A DNA stretch of 31,931 nt from an uncultured Verrucomicrobiae bacterium (GCA_963815455.1 CAWFGO010000007.1:1-31931), one strand, 5' to 3'; positions 8,606 to 19,410 are shown, counted from the first letter of the stretch. Numbers and translations: made by a program. The notes: generated by a model not told the origin, from the letters alone.

Positions 8606-10333
8606 ATGAAGAGGAGTATCGCAGTCGTGGTGTCTCTGTCGTTGTCGATCTTCGCGCAGGCGAACCCGAAGGATGACGAATTTGAAAAGATCGCCAAGGA
8701 TTACGTCGAAGGTTTTCTGGCGTCGCATCCCGAATACGCCACGGAACTGGGCGACCATCGTTTTGACGGTCTCCTGACCGATTATTCCCCGCAAACGCGC
8801 GATCGGTTGCTGGTCGGCGCGAAACAATTTCGCGAGGCGCTCAAGAAATTTGACGATCCTTCGCAGCTGACCGGCGCAAATCAGGTGGACGTGCAAATTC
8901 TGCGCGACAACATCGACAGCGAAATCTTCGCGTTGGAAGAGCTGAGAGAACCGATCTGGAACCCGCTCGTCTACAACCAGAGTCTGGCCAACAGCCTCTA
9001 TCTTATTATCGCCCGCGATTACGATGCGCCCGAAAAGCGGATCCCGAATCTGCGCAAACGAATGGAAGCGATTCCGCACGTAATCGAGCAAGCCAAGGAA
9101 AATCTGCAGCATCCGCCGCGCATTCATACCGAGACGGCCATCGAACAAGCCCAGGGCGCGATCAATCTCGTCCGTGTCGGTCTCGATCCGCTGCTCGTCC
9201 GCGCGCCGGAACTGAAAAAGGAACTCGAGCCGTTGCAGGAAACAACCGCGGCCGCGCTGGAAGATTACAAGAAATGGCTGGAGACCGATCTTCTGCCGCG
9301 CTCCGACGGCGATTTCCGGCTGGGAGAGGAGAAGTATCGAAAAAAGCTGCGGTTTACTCTCGCGTCCGACTTGTCGATGGAAGAAATCATGAAACGGGCG
9401 CGGGCGGATTTGGAGCAAACTCAAACCGCCATCTACGAGACCGCCCTGCCGCTGTACAAAAAATATTTCCCGAAGGCCAGCAAAGCGGCGTTAAAAGACA
9501 AAAAGAAAGTCACGACCGCGGTGCTCGACAAGCTGGCCGAGAAACATCCGGACGACAACACGATCGTCGGTTACGCCCAGAAGATTGTGCGCGAAGCGAC
9601 CGGTTTCGTGAAATCGCACAACTTCGTCACCGTGCCGGAGACGCCGCTGGACGTGATCGTTATGCCCGAGTTCAAGCGTGGCGTTGCGGTTGCCTACTGC
9701 GATTCATCCGGTCCGCTTGAGAAAAACGGGAAGACGTTTTTCGCAGTGTCCCCCCCGCCGAAGGATTGGCCCAAAGAACGGCGGGAATCATCCTACCGCG
9801 AATACAACAACTTCATGGTGCGGGACCTGACCGTGCATGAAGCAATGCCGGGTCATTATCTGCAACTCGCGCACGCAAACGAGTTTCGCGCGCCAACATT
9901 GGTGCGAGCGATTTTCCAGAGCGGAACTTTCGTCGAAGGCTGGGCCGTGTATTGCGAGCAGTTGATGGCGGAACAGGGGTACGGCGGTCCGGAAGTCAAG
10001 ATGCAGCAGTTGAAGATGCGATTACGCGTAATCTGCAACGCGATTCTCGATCAAAGCATTCACGCCGGAAAAATGACTGAGAAAGAGGCGATGGATCTGA
10101 TGATGAAGGAAGGCTACCAGCAGGAAGGCGAAGCCGTAGCCAAATGGAAACGCGCCCGGCTCACCTCGGCGCAGCTCTCGACCTATTTCGTCGGCGTAAG
10201 CGAGATGCTCGAGCTCCGGGCTCTCGCCATGAAAAAAGCGCAGGAGAACTTCAAAGTGAAGGATTATCACGACAGCGTCCTCAGTTTCGGTAGCCCGCCG
10301 CCCAAGTACATCCGCGGGTTGCTCGGGCTGTGA
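8606..10333 (+). CDS. DUF885 family exported protein (putative metallopeptidase-like)
   Basis: Intact 575 aa; signal peptide 'MKRSIAVVVSLSLSIFAQA'; family motifs 'PEYATELGDHRFD', 'HEAMPGHYLQ', 'FVEGWAVYCE', 'QLSTYFVG', 'YHDSVLSFGSPP'. Confidence 0.88.
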   Translation: MKRSIAVVVSLSLSIFAQANPKDDEFEKIAKDYVEGFLASHPEYATELGDHRFDGLLTDYSPQTRDRLLVGAKQFREALKKFDDPSQLTGANQVDVQILRDNIDSEIFALEELREPIWNPLVYNQSLANSLYLIIARDYDAPEKRIPNLRKRMEAIPHVIEQAKENLQHPPRIHTETAIEQAQGAINLVRVGLDPLLVRAPELKKELEPLQETTAAALEDYKKWLETDLLPRSDGDFRLGEEKYRKKLRFTLASDLSMEEIMKRARADLEQTQTAIYETALPLYKKYFPKASKAALKDKKKVTTAVLDKLAEKHPDDNTIVGYAQKIVREATGFVKSHNFVTVPETPLDVIVMPEFKRGVAVAYCDSSGPLEKNGKTFFAVSPPPKDWPKERRESSYREYNNFMVRDLTVHEAMPGHYLQLAHANEFRAPTLVRAIFQSGTFVEGWAVYCEQLMAEQGYGGPEVKMQQLKMRLRVICNAILDQSIHAGKMTEKEAMDLMMKEGYQQEGEAVAKWKRARLTSAQLSTYFVGVSEMLELRALAMKKAQENFKVKDYHDSVLSFGSPPPKYIRGLLGL

Positions 10334-10350
10334 ATTCGCTGCGGCGAAAT

Positions 10351-10426
10351 TGGTGGAGGTAAGGGGATTCGAACCCCTGACCTTCTCATTGCGAACGAGA
10401 CGCTCTACCAACTGAGCTATACCCCC
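10351..10426 (-). tRNA. tRNA-Ala (anticodon CGC)
   Basis: Reverse complement GGGGGTATAGCTCAGTTGGTAGAGCGTCTCGTTCGCAATGAGAAGGTCAGGGGTTCGAATCCCCTTACCTCCACCA: 76 nt cloverleaf, G3:U70 alanine identity pair, TTCGAAT T-loop, encoded CCA. Confidence 0.97.
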
Positions 10427-10441
10427 TCCGGAAGAGGCGAA

Positions 10442-10470
10442 ATTATCACGAGAGTTGGATTTTGCATCAA
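10442..10470 (-). promoter_or_regulatory. sigma70-like promoter of tRNA-Ala
   Basis: Minus strand TTGATG(10470-10465)-17 bp-GATAAT(10447-10442), 15 nt upstream of the mature tRNA 5' end. Confidence 0.55.
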
Positions 10471-10588
10471 GGGAAAAGCGATTGCCTTCGGCGGCCGGAC
10501 TCGCTAGACCCTATTGAAGGGAAACACGCTTGGCCTCGTCTATGCATTTGGGGTCGGTGTCGATCCCAAAACTAACAAACCAAAAATT

Positions 10589-11071
10589 ATGAAACATCAA
10601 TCACAACTCATCGCGGTGGCCTGCGTTGCGGCTCTAGCGTTCGCGCCACTCAGTTTATCGGCTGCGGGCAAGAAAAAATCGGACGCTGCCTCTTCAGCCG
10701 CGCCTGCCGCGTCGGCCTCGCCGGCAGCGGCGGCGACTAAAGCGCCAAGACCCATTCCTTTCCACGGGATGGTCTCGGCCGTCGATCAGAGCGGGAAGAC
10801 GTTTACTATCACGGGGAAAAAGGCCACGCGCGTCTTCAAAGTCACAGACAAGACCGCGATCACCAAAGGCGCGGCGGCGGCGACGATAAACGATATTGTC
10901 CAAAACGAAGAGGTGAGCGGTGCTTATTGGAAGGCCGCTGACAACAGTCTCGAGGCCAAGACGGTAAAGATCGGCGCGATGACAAGCGGCGAGAAAAAGG
11001 TGAAGAAAGTGAAGAAGGAAAAAGCTGAGGCTTCACCGGCCGCTGCTCCTGAAGCCTCGCCTAAGCCTTAA
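10589..11071 (+). CDS. small exported Lys/Ala-rich protein with OB-fold-like (DUF5666-like) core
   Basis: ATG 10589 gives signal peptide 'MKHQSQLIAVACVAALAFAPLSLSA'. Core 'FHGMVSAVDQSGKTFTITGK..RVFKVTDKTAITK' is flanked by low-complexity A/P/S/K linkers. Confidence 0.7.
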   Translation: MKHQSQLIAVACVAALAFAPLSLSAAGKKKSDAASSAAPAASASPAAAATKAPRPIPFHGMVSAVDQSGKTFTITGKKATRVFKVTDKTAITKGAAAATINDIVQNEEVSGAYWKAADNSLEAKTVKIGAMTSGEKKVKKVKKEKAEASPAAAPEASPKP

Positions 11072-11096
11072 GTCCGTCCGCAAGTCGGCATTTTAT

Positions 11097-11198
11097 TGTA
11101 GCGGCGGTCTCCGACCGTCCGTCGAATTCTCTTAGCAAATAATGCGACGGCCGTCCGCCGTAGCGAGTTGACGGCGCGATAAACAGACCGCTTCTACA
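11097..11198. repeat. REP-like palindromic intergenic element (GTAGCGGCGGTCT...AGACCGC..CTAC type)
   Basis: Imperfect terminal inverted repeat TGTAGCGGCGGTCT / AGACCGCTTCTACA between convergent genes. Related half copy at 22933-22957. Confidence 0.6.
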
Positions 11199-11234
11199 GT
11201 TTACTCGGACCCGAATCGACGCTGCCCGCAGCGC

Positions 11235-11996
11235 TTAGGCTCGACGTAAACCTTTCCGGGCAGAATCGAGCATCCAGCGGGCGGCTTTTTGCCGCAATTG
11301 GGCCGTGCTGTGCAACTGCAACTTTTCCTTCATCCGCACTTGATGGGTATCGATTGTTTTGACGCTCACGGATAATTCCCTGGCCAATTGCGAAACGCCA
11401 AATCCGCGGCCAATCAGAGCAAAGATCTCCAGTTCCCGGTCGCTCAGAATATGCAATTCGGAATCACCGCCGCGAATTTTGCTCGTTGCGAAATTCTGCA
11501 ATAGCCACGGCAAGACGGTGGCGCCCACACAAGAATGGCCGGCCGAAATTTCATCGAGGGCTCTCACAACTTCCGCGATGCCGTCGCCTGTCGTTAAGTA
11601 CCCACGAGCCCCGGCCCGGACAGCGCGCTGGATCGACAATGGATCCTCACCTGCGGACAGGATGAGGGTTGCGGCCGTTGCGTCGAGTTTGCGGAAGTCT
11701 TTGGTCAACTGAATACCGCCGCCACGGCGCAGGATCAGGCCCAGCACGACAAGTTTTGGTTGATGCTGGGCGAAAAGCTCGCGCGCTGTTGGGGCGTCAT
11801 CTGTGTCAGCGCAGGTCGCAAATCGTTCGCTCGTATCGATAAGGCGACGTAACCCGAACCGAATTAGCTCTTCGCCGTGGACGATGAGCACTTTGATCTT
11901 TGTCGGGGACGCTGTCAGGTCCGCTTGTCGGGAATTTCTCACATTGTTGCCGAGGGACGGTGGCCCCGGATGTCTCTCTTTGCGCGCCGATATCAT
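11235..11996 (-). CDS. NarL/FixJ (LuxR-HTH) family response regulator with degenerate receiver domain
   Basis: C-terminal HTH 'LSDRELEIFALIGRGFGVSQLARELSVSVKTIDTHQVRMKEKL'; receiver fold from 'IKVLIVHGEELIRFGL'. Start chosen at ATG 11996 because the longest ORF (12161) overlaps the divergent RHS gene. Confidence 0.85.
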   Translation of the reverse strand: MISARKERHPGPPSLGNNVRNSRQADLTASPTKIKVLIVHGEELIRFGLRRLIDTSERFATCADTDDAPTARELFAQHQPKLVVLGLILRRGGGIQLTKDFRKLDATAATLILSAGEDPLSIQRAVRAGARGYLTTGDGIAEVVRALDEISAGHSCVGATVLPWLLQNFATSKIRGGDSELHILSDRELEIFALIGRGFGVSQLARELSVSVKTIDTHQVRMKEKLQLHSTAQLRQKAARWMLDSARKGLRRA

Positions 11997-12132
11997 GTCT
12001 TCACTACTACTATCCGGGATTTGTAGGGAAGTGATCTCAAAAAAAGCAGCATAAAATTCAGGGGTCCTCCCCGACAGACAACTTTTGCCAGTCTGCCTAT
12101 CCTCGGCCTTCATGAACCGAAAGGAGTAATAG

Positions 12133-15100
12133 ATGAAAAGATTATTAATATTCCTAGCCACCGCAGCGCTCGCAACAGGCCTTTATCTCCTCGACCATTC
12201 GCGCCTCCGGGCCGACGAGGGCGATCCAGATGATCCGGACAACGTCGAATTGGCGGATCCGCCGACTTCACCCGACGCTCAGAAGGAGTTCGACGGAATC
12301 GCGATTATCAACTACGAGCCTGGCAACGAGGACGGTGCGGCGGTCACTTCGGAGGCGACAGATGGCAAGACCGACAAGCTGCCGGGTCTTCAACCGGATC
12401 AACAGGTTGAGGTCACGATGAGTCTAGGTGCCAACCGAGCCGGCCGGACGTTTCACGTCTCGGCCCTTGAGGGCGGCCAAGTCTTCGATGCGGATGACGG
12501 CCTTGTTGCTGACGAGAACGGAAACATCGCCTTCACATTCCAGGCGGGCCATGAGCCCGGCTTGTATCAGGTTGCCCTCCATGACGGCACTCACGAGATC
12601 GGCATCCAATTTTGGGTCATCAACAACGAAAATCCGGAAGAGAATCAGATTGTCGATGTTCCCGGTGATGGCTCTGGGGGCACGGTCACCGGCGGACCGA
12701 TTGAAACACCTTTTAGAAACGACAATCCAACCGGGCCCTGCGGTCGCTTCGGCCCCATCGTTGCCACAGGTTGTTCGTATGACCCTTACACGACGAATGC
12801 GACCCGCTCAATCACTGATCTAGTCGTTCCCGGTGCGGTCGGAATGTATCCCCTCACATTTACGCGCATTCTAAACAGCCGCTATGTCGCCGGACTCACT
12901 GGCGAGTTGGGATCAGGCGGAAACTGGCGGCACTCGTATCAGTGGAGTATCGACAGCAGTGAAACGCTTGATTCCTACGGATTTCCAACCAGCTACTGGG
13001 TCAATTATCCCGATGGGCGCCGTGTTCAGTTTGGACCAGCCCCTTCGCCAAGTCCGAGTCCAGTCGATCCCTACTTCCGCGGGCCGCGTGGCGTAAGTGA
13101 TCGATTCCAGCAGCTAAAAAGTGGCGCAGGTTTCAGTATAACCGATTGTTTCCTGAAACTACCCGACGGCGGGAAAATCCACTTCACTGCCACTTGGAAC
13201 GGCGCTCACTTCGATTATCAACTCAGCGAGATCATCGATCCCTACGGTCAAAAGCAAATAATCTCGTACCCGGCGGATCGCAGCATGACCATAGAGGAAC
13301 CCGCCCATCGGCAACTCAAAATCTTCTACACCCGTGGCCCTATAGCACTTACAAACGAAGTCGTCATTTCTCGGGTAGAATGGTGGTCGGCTTCGCCCGA
13401 AAACGGGGGCGTTCGAGTCCAAACGGTTTACTATGGCTATTCGTTATATTCCATTTTCGGAAACGCTCATGCCGAATTGACCAGTGTGACTTATCCGGAC
13501 ACCACCGTTGGGAGTTACACATATCAAAACAGTAATCTGTCGAGTGAATCGACCCGGCCCCTTATTCGCACGTGTGTCGATCCAATGTTTGCCGGACCGA
13601 TGTGGAAAATCGCCTACGCATTTGCCACCAGCTCCCCGGCTCTTTCGCCGTTTATGGTCAGTTGCGGAGCGAAAACTACTTCGACGGCACCAATGTTGGC
13701 CCAGCGGTATCCAGCCTTGCGGTTACAGGCGCCGATACCCGCGTGGAAACCCGGGGGGATGGGCCGAGCCGTACGTTCACCTATTGGGGAAGTCCATCAT
13801 CGTATCCGCCGTACGCGCTCAAGCTCGCGTCCGATTTCAAAGGAGTGAGCCCAACCTACAACCCATTCTACTATGATCCGCGTGGATTCCTTTCGAGCGC
13901 CACAGATCGCAACGGTAACACCACGGCATACGACAACAACCCGTGGACCGGAAATGTGACAAAAGTCACATATGCAGATGACTCGACTAGTGAGACGATT
14001 TACTCTGACGATCATCGGTGCTCAGACGGGAACAACAACGATTCAGATAATCCGTATTACCCTTGCTCTTACGCCAGCAAGAAGAAGAAATATTCGAGCA
14101 AGTATGTCCGCGATTCGTCAAAGCGTGTCCTAACGATTTACTACCCGGATGCTTCGTCGAGCGAAAAGGAACAATTTACCTATGACGACACGGTCGGCCA
14201 CGGGCAGATCAAGACGCATCGACTGAAAACCGGTGGCGTGGAGAGCTTCGTTTATTTCCAAGATGGCCGCGGCCTTCTCAAGGAATATTACGATGCCGAT
14301 CACCGCCTCAGCACGAGCGAACCGGATGATCCGGAAGTCAGCCCCACGCCCAGCTTTACCGAGCCGAGCCTGGTTTATACCTACTATGGCGCCGCAGATG
14401 GATACCAAATGGACCGGGTGAAGTCGATTACCGACGCTGCGGGGGCGGAACACACCACCACGTTCACCTATGACCAACGCGGGCAGATCCTCACAATACA
14501 AAAGCCCGGTGCGGCTGCCGTCGTGAACACTTACAATCCGGACGGAACACTGGCGAGTACCAAGGACGAGCTAGGCAACACCATTACCTACGCCTACGAC
14601 GACTACAAACGGTTGGTTGCGACGACGCTGCCTCCGCCGCAGTCCGGAGCGAGTCCGACCACGACAGTTGTTTCCTATGCCTGGCCAGGCGGCACTATAT
14701 TTTCTAGTTACACGCATACCGATGCGAACCCGACGCAGGTTGTCTCCGCGGCGGGCAAGACAGTCCGCACGACATACGATGAAAATTTCTTACCGCTGAG
14801 CGTAACGACCGGCTACGGCTCGAGCGCGGCAGCCACGACCTCATTTACTTACGACGACAACGGCAATCGCAAGACTGCGACCGATCCAAATGGCAGTAAG
14901 ATGCTTTATTATTACGACGAGCGGAATCACCTCAGCGATATGGACGATCCGCTCCTGAACGACCCAAACACGCCCCACAAGAACAGCCAGGGGCACACCG
15001 TAAGCTGGACGTACGACGGCAGTGATAATGTTTTGAGCGTTGAGCGCGCAAATGGCCAGTTTATCAGCAACGATTACGACTCGCGCGGACGGTTCCATCT

Positions 15101-17556
15101 CACAACCGTGCACCAAGATCCTGATCCGGATGCGACGACAACTTACGGTTATTACGACGACAGCGGTCTGTTGAAGACTATGGAAGATCCGCGTCACAAA
15201 GTTTACACATATTCCTACGACCTGATGGGCCGAAAAAAACAGCTCACTTATCCTGGAACAGGCCAGGGCGGGGGCAAGTTCGAAAAATGGGAATACGACA
15301 CTGTGGGCAGACTGTCGAAGTTTACAAACCGCCACGGCGACACTCAGAATTTCAATTTGCCCGACAGTTACGACAGCCGGAATCGACTGCTCCACTTCTC
15401 CTGGACAGTGAATTATCCCACGGAGCAAACGCCTGACGTGCATTTTGTTTACGACGGCGCTTCGCGCCTACTCAGCATCAACAACGGCAATGCGCTCGTT
15501 GAGCGAGAATATTTCGACAACAATACGCTGATGAGAGAGAAGACCACCGTTCCGGGACAGCCTGCGCGCACCGTCGACTACACATACAATGTCGATCTGA
15601 CCCCGGCGGCGATCACGTATCCCGATCAAACCTCGGTCGGCTTCCATTACACGGGGCGAAACCAGATTGAAAGCATCCTCAATTCGCAGGGCAATCCGAT
15701 TGCCAGTTACGCCTACGATCTCGATGAGAATCTCACGGGTCGATCGCTTGAAAATGGAACAGCCAGCTCGTTCGTCTATGACGAATTGAGCCGCGTCACG
15801 CATATTGAACACGCGTTCACCGATGCCACGAATCCGGTTCGCAAAATCGATTACGGCTACGACAAAGTGAACAACCGCGCGTGGACCAAACGCGACAATG
15901 GCAGCGGAAACGTGGCTGGCGACCAGTTCCGTTACGATTTGGCCGACCAAGTCATCGATACAAAACTCAACATCGCCAGTCCCGATGCCACGCCGTCGTG
16001 GAGCCCTACTCCCAGGATCGCCTACGATGCCAATGGAAACCGCCTAACTTTCAAACCCTTCGGGGTGATTGAGCAATACACTGGCAACAACGACCTGAAT
16101 CAGTACCACGAAACGCCACAAGAGCGATCAGAATTTTACCCCCGATTCGCAAGCCCTCCACGATGACAACGGCAATATGACGCGCGGATTGGACACGACC
16201 AACACTCCAACCGATGGATCGCAATACACTTACGACGCGCAGACCCGCTTGGTCAGCGCGACACGAAACGGAGTCGCTGAAGCTTTCAAATATGATGGCC
16301 TCGGCCGGCAGGTCAGCCGGCAGATCGGCACGGCGCCACCGACCTACAATGTCTATGACGGCTGGAACCTGATCGCCGAGTACGCCCCGGGCGCATCGAC
16401 ACCGACTGCAACCTACATTTACGGGCCAACTGGGCTAACCAAAGCGATCATGCCAGCCGAGCCCGTTCCCAACCGGTACTACTATCAGGATGCCAGCGGA
16501 AGCACGTCGCACGTGGCCGATAGCGGAGGCCAGCTCAAAGAATGGTACCGCTACGACCTGCAAGGCACGCCGGCCTATTACGATTCGAATAATCAGCAAA
16601 AGAATTCCAGCGACTATGCGATTCGCCACCTCTTCACAGGGCAACAATGGTACAGCGAATTGGGGTTGTACAATCTCCGGAACCGATTCTATTCGCCCGA
16701 TATTGGTCGCTTTTTACAGCCAGATCCAATCGGTTTTCTGGGGGACTTTGGGAACCTATATCGCTATTGCGGAAATAATCCCGTCAATTTTGCCGATCCG
16801 ATCGGTCTTTTTCGCTGGGGACAGTTCGCCATAGGAGCCAGTTCACTTATTGGTGGCACTGCAATGATTGTTGGTGGAGCGGGTGCTTCGGCAACTGGAG
16901 CTGGAGCTATCGCAGGAGTTCCGCTGATGTTGTCGGGTGTGGTGGCGTTTGGTTACGGCATTGGCAACATTGTCGCGTCGTTTTCGGACGTGACGGGAGC
17001 AGCAGAATTTCAAGACACGCCGAGTAACCTATCAGGAGCAGTTGCTCGAGCAGCGTGGGGAGAGGGTGCCCAGCATAGTGCTGAGATCCTGGAAAACATC
17101 CTCCACCTCTCAGGCAGAGAAGGGATAGAGGCACTGCACTCAGGAATTGAGGTGGGTTTAAGCTGGTATGGGGCGATTTCTTGGTACGGCCGAACATACT
17201 CGTATGAGAAAGGCGGTGCATATTTCGAGGCGGACCCAAGTTCCCCAACAGGCTGGACCTTAGTGTATTCCGAGCAACACGTTGAGGCCGTCGAAATTGT
17301 TGGATCCGTGGGAGGAGAACCCATCGCTGCCAGTCCCAGTCTTGGTCGCGCTACCAACGCTTACATCGGGGCAAGTGCGAGTGGTTTTGCCAATTCTTTG
17401 GGTGGTATGTGGGGAATCGGGGGCAGTATGTGGAGCATGGGTGGAGCCGAAGGCTTTATGACATACTTTCCTGGGATGATCGGCGGAATAAACTTCACTC
17501 TAAACGGAGGTGGATGCGGAGGTAATTTGGCAGCAGCGATAAACCGATTCCCATGA
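12133..17556 (+). CDS. rhs: RHS/YD-repeat polymorphic toxin with N-terminal signal peptide (frameshifts at ~13635 and ~16105)
   Basis: ORFs 12133..13848, 13572..16166 and 16177..17556 join into one gene. Many YD repeats; RHS core 'GLYNLRNRFYSPDIGRFLQPDPIGF..NLYRYCGNNPVNFADPIGL'; ~248-aa variable C-terminus from 16810. Confidence 0.88.
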
Positions 17557-17692
17557 GAGCCGAGTTGAGAATTTCAACTGCGGCATGTGGCATATTTCAA
17601 GGCAAGAAGTTTCTATCGGACATGATTGGTGATATCCTCTTTCACATTAAGCTTCCCCCAATTAGGAGGAACATGTAACACGCGAAAGGATT

Positions 17693-17896
17693 ATGCTCGA
17701 CATTTCCAGCGGACGAACCGGAGCCGGCGACTTAATTGTGGCCGGAATGATGATTGCAGCGGCTGTATTTGCCTTGCTTTTTACAAGGAACCGGAGGGAT
17801 CTCATCCGCGGGCTCAGCTACAAACAATTCGTTTGGTGCTGTATCATAGGCATAGTCAGCGCTGCATTTATCATAATTGGCCACTTTCTATTTTGA
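17693..17896 (+). CDS. small two-TM protein, candidate RHS immunity protein
   Basis: AAAGGA SD before ATG; two hydrophobic helices separated by a basic loop; AT-richer DNA downstream of the RHS tip. Confidence 0.5.
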   Translation: MLDISSGRTGAGDLIVAGMMIAAAVFALLFTRNRRDLIRGLSYKQFVWCCIIGIVSAAFIIIGHFLF

Positions 17897-17991
17897 TAGC
17901 TTTATTGCCTCAGTCGAGATAACTACGAGCAGTCCGACAGCAACAGCACCATTTGTTGTTCTTGTTAGATTTGGCGGAAAGAGGCAGGTTG

Positions 17992-18332
17992 GTGAACGCG
18001 ATTACTAGCTCATTGGAGTCTGAACAGAAGGGGGACTAATTCTGCGTACATTCTGGATCATAGTAGGCATTAATGCGGGGACTTTGGCCACAGTGTTGGT
18101 GTTCGCAAGCTGGTTGGCGCTCCTTCGGCCTGACGCCGAACAAATTGAGCAAATGCGAACAAACAACTGGAAAGACGCCCTTTTTAGATTTCCAAGTCCA
18201 CAATTAATGCTGAAGACTTATCAAAAACTGTCAGAGCATTGGCGTTCTCGGAAAAACGCGAGAAAGCTCCTTTACTGGAGCTTATTGTTTACCGGGTTTG
18301 CCGTGGTTGCTTTTGCTTTGGCACGATCATGA
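17992..18332 (+). CDS. small membrane protein, second candidate immunity protein (possible frameshift in G-run ~18030-18034)
   Basis: ORF 18084..18332 stays open upstream to ~18024 ('LILRTFWIIVGINAGTLATVLVFASWLALL'). A GTG at 17992 joins it if one G is removed. C-terminal TM 'LLYWSLLFTGFAVVAFALA'. Confidence 0.45.
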
Positions 18333-18465
18333 GAACAACGCATGAGAGAACGCGAATCAGGATAATGTTCCGTCTAAGTCGCCCTAAATCGACGGACATT
18401 GACCTCGGTCCAGGAAATCTTCCGAAGCCTTCCATATCGTGGCCACCAATTTTCCAAACTAGACG

Positions 18466-19410
18466 ATGAAATTCGGCTCTTGGAAGGCGCTCCTAGTCGC
18501 GGTCGCGCTCGGGTTGTTTCTAATCTCGTCGAGCACGTCGGCACAAATCTTTGTCGCCAACACCAACTTCGGCGGGTTCGGTGCCGGAACAGTCGGTGCG
18601 TATGATATCACAACGGGAGCAACGATAAACTCATCATTCATTACCGGGCTCAATAGCCCGATAGGGATCGCCGTTGCTGGGGGATACTTGTATGTCGTTA
18701 ACAGCGACTCTGCTACGATCGGGAAGTACGATGCCGTTACCGGCGCGGTCATCGACGATGCATTTATTACGACTCCGGGTAATCCAATCTTTGTCTCTGT
18801 TTCCGGGTCTGACTTGTTCGTGACCAGCTATTTAACCGACAGAATCAGTAAATACGACGCAGTTACGGGAGCGACAATTGACGACTCTTTTGTCACGAAA
18901 TTAAATAACCCATTTGGTTTGGAGGCAGCGGGCGGATACTTGTTCGTGACCGAAAAGGGCGGGGTCATTGGAAAATTCGATGCGGTGACAGGCGCTGCAA
19001 TCAACGAAGGCTTTATTACCGGATTACATGGCCCGACCGATATTGCAGTGCTCGGGAACCGCTTATTCGTTACTAACCACGGCAACAACACGATAGGCGA
19101 ATACGACGCCAATACTGGCGCCGCCATCAATCCCGCGTTTGTAACTCTTCCTGGGCTGACTGGCGCCTATGGGATCGCCGTATTTGGGACAAACCTTTAC
19201 GTCACGAACGGCAATGCCGGTAAGATCGGGGTTTACGATGCCAACACTGGGGCAACCATCAACGCAGCCCTCATTACGGGTCTTAATGGGCCAGCAGGAA
19301 TCGCGGTAGTGCCAGAACCTTCGAGTTGGACTCTGCTTTTGCTCGGCGCCTCCGCGGCTATCCTTTTTCGGGCGGCGGAGCGGGGTCGGCTTAGGGTTAA
19401 GACCCAATAG
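18466..19410 (+). CDS. PEP-CTERM sorting-domain protein, six-bladed beta-propeller-like repeats
   Basis: Signal peptide; six ~41-43 aa repeats 'YDAxTGAxINxxFITGLNxPxGIAVxGxxLYVTN'; C-terminal 'VPEPSSWTLLLLGASAAILFRAAERGRLRVK'. Confidence 0.9.
   Translation: MKFGSWKALLVAVALGLFLISSSTSAQIFVANTNFGGFGAGTVGAYDITTGATINSSFITGLNSPIGIAVAGGYLYVVNSDSATIGKYDAVTGAVIDDAFITTPGNPIFVSVSGSDLFVTSYLTDRISKYDAVTGATIDDSFVTKLNNPFGLEAAGGYLFVTEKGGVIGKFDAVTGAAINEGFITGLHGPTDIAVLGNRLFVTNHGNNTIGEYDANTGAAINPAFVTLPGLTGAYGIAVFGTNLYVTNGNAGKIGVYDANTGATINAALITGLNGPAGIAVVPEPSSWTLLLLGASAAILFRAAERGRLRVKTQ

Noticed and set aside
8531..9424. Long antisense ORFs (e.g. 8531..9424, 1553..2260, 5697..6440, 30656..31336)
   Set aside because: Shadow ORFs opposite well-supported genes, expected in GC-rich DNA.
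18590..19310. Repeats as CRISPR array or DNA-level tandem repeat
   Set aside because: They are degenerate in-frame protein repeats with no constant repeat/unique spacer pattern and no cas genes.
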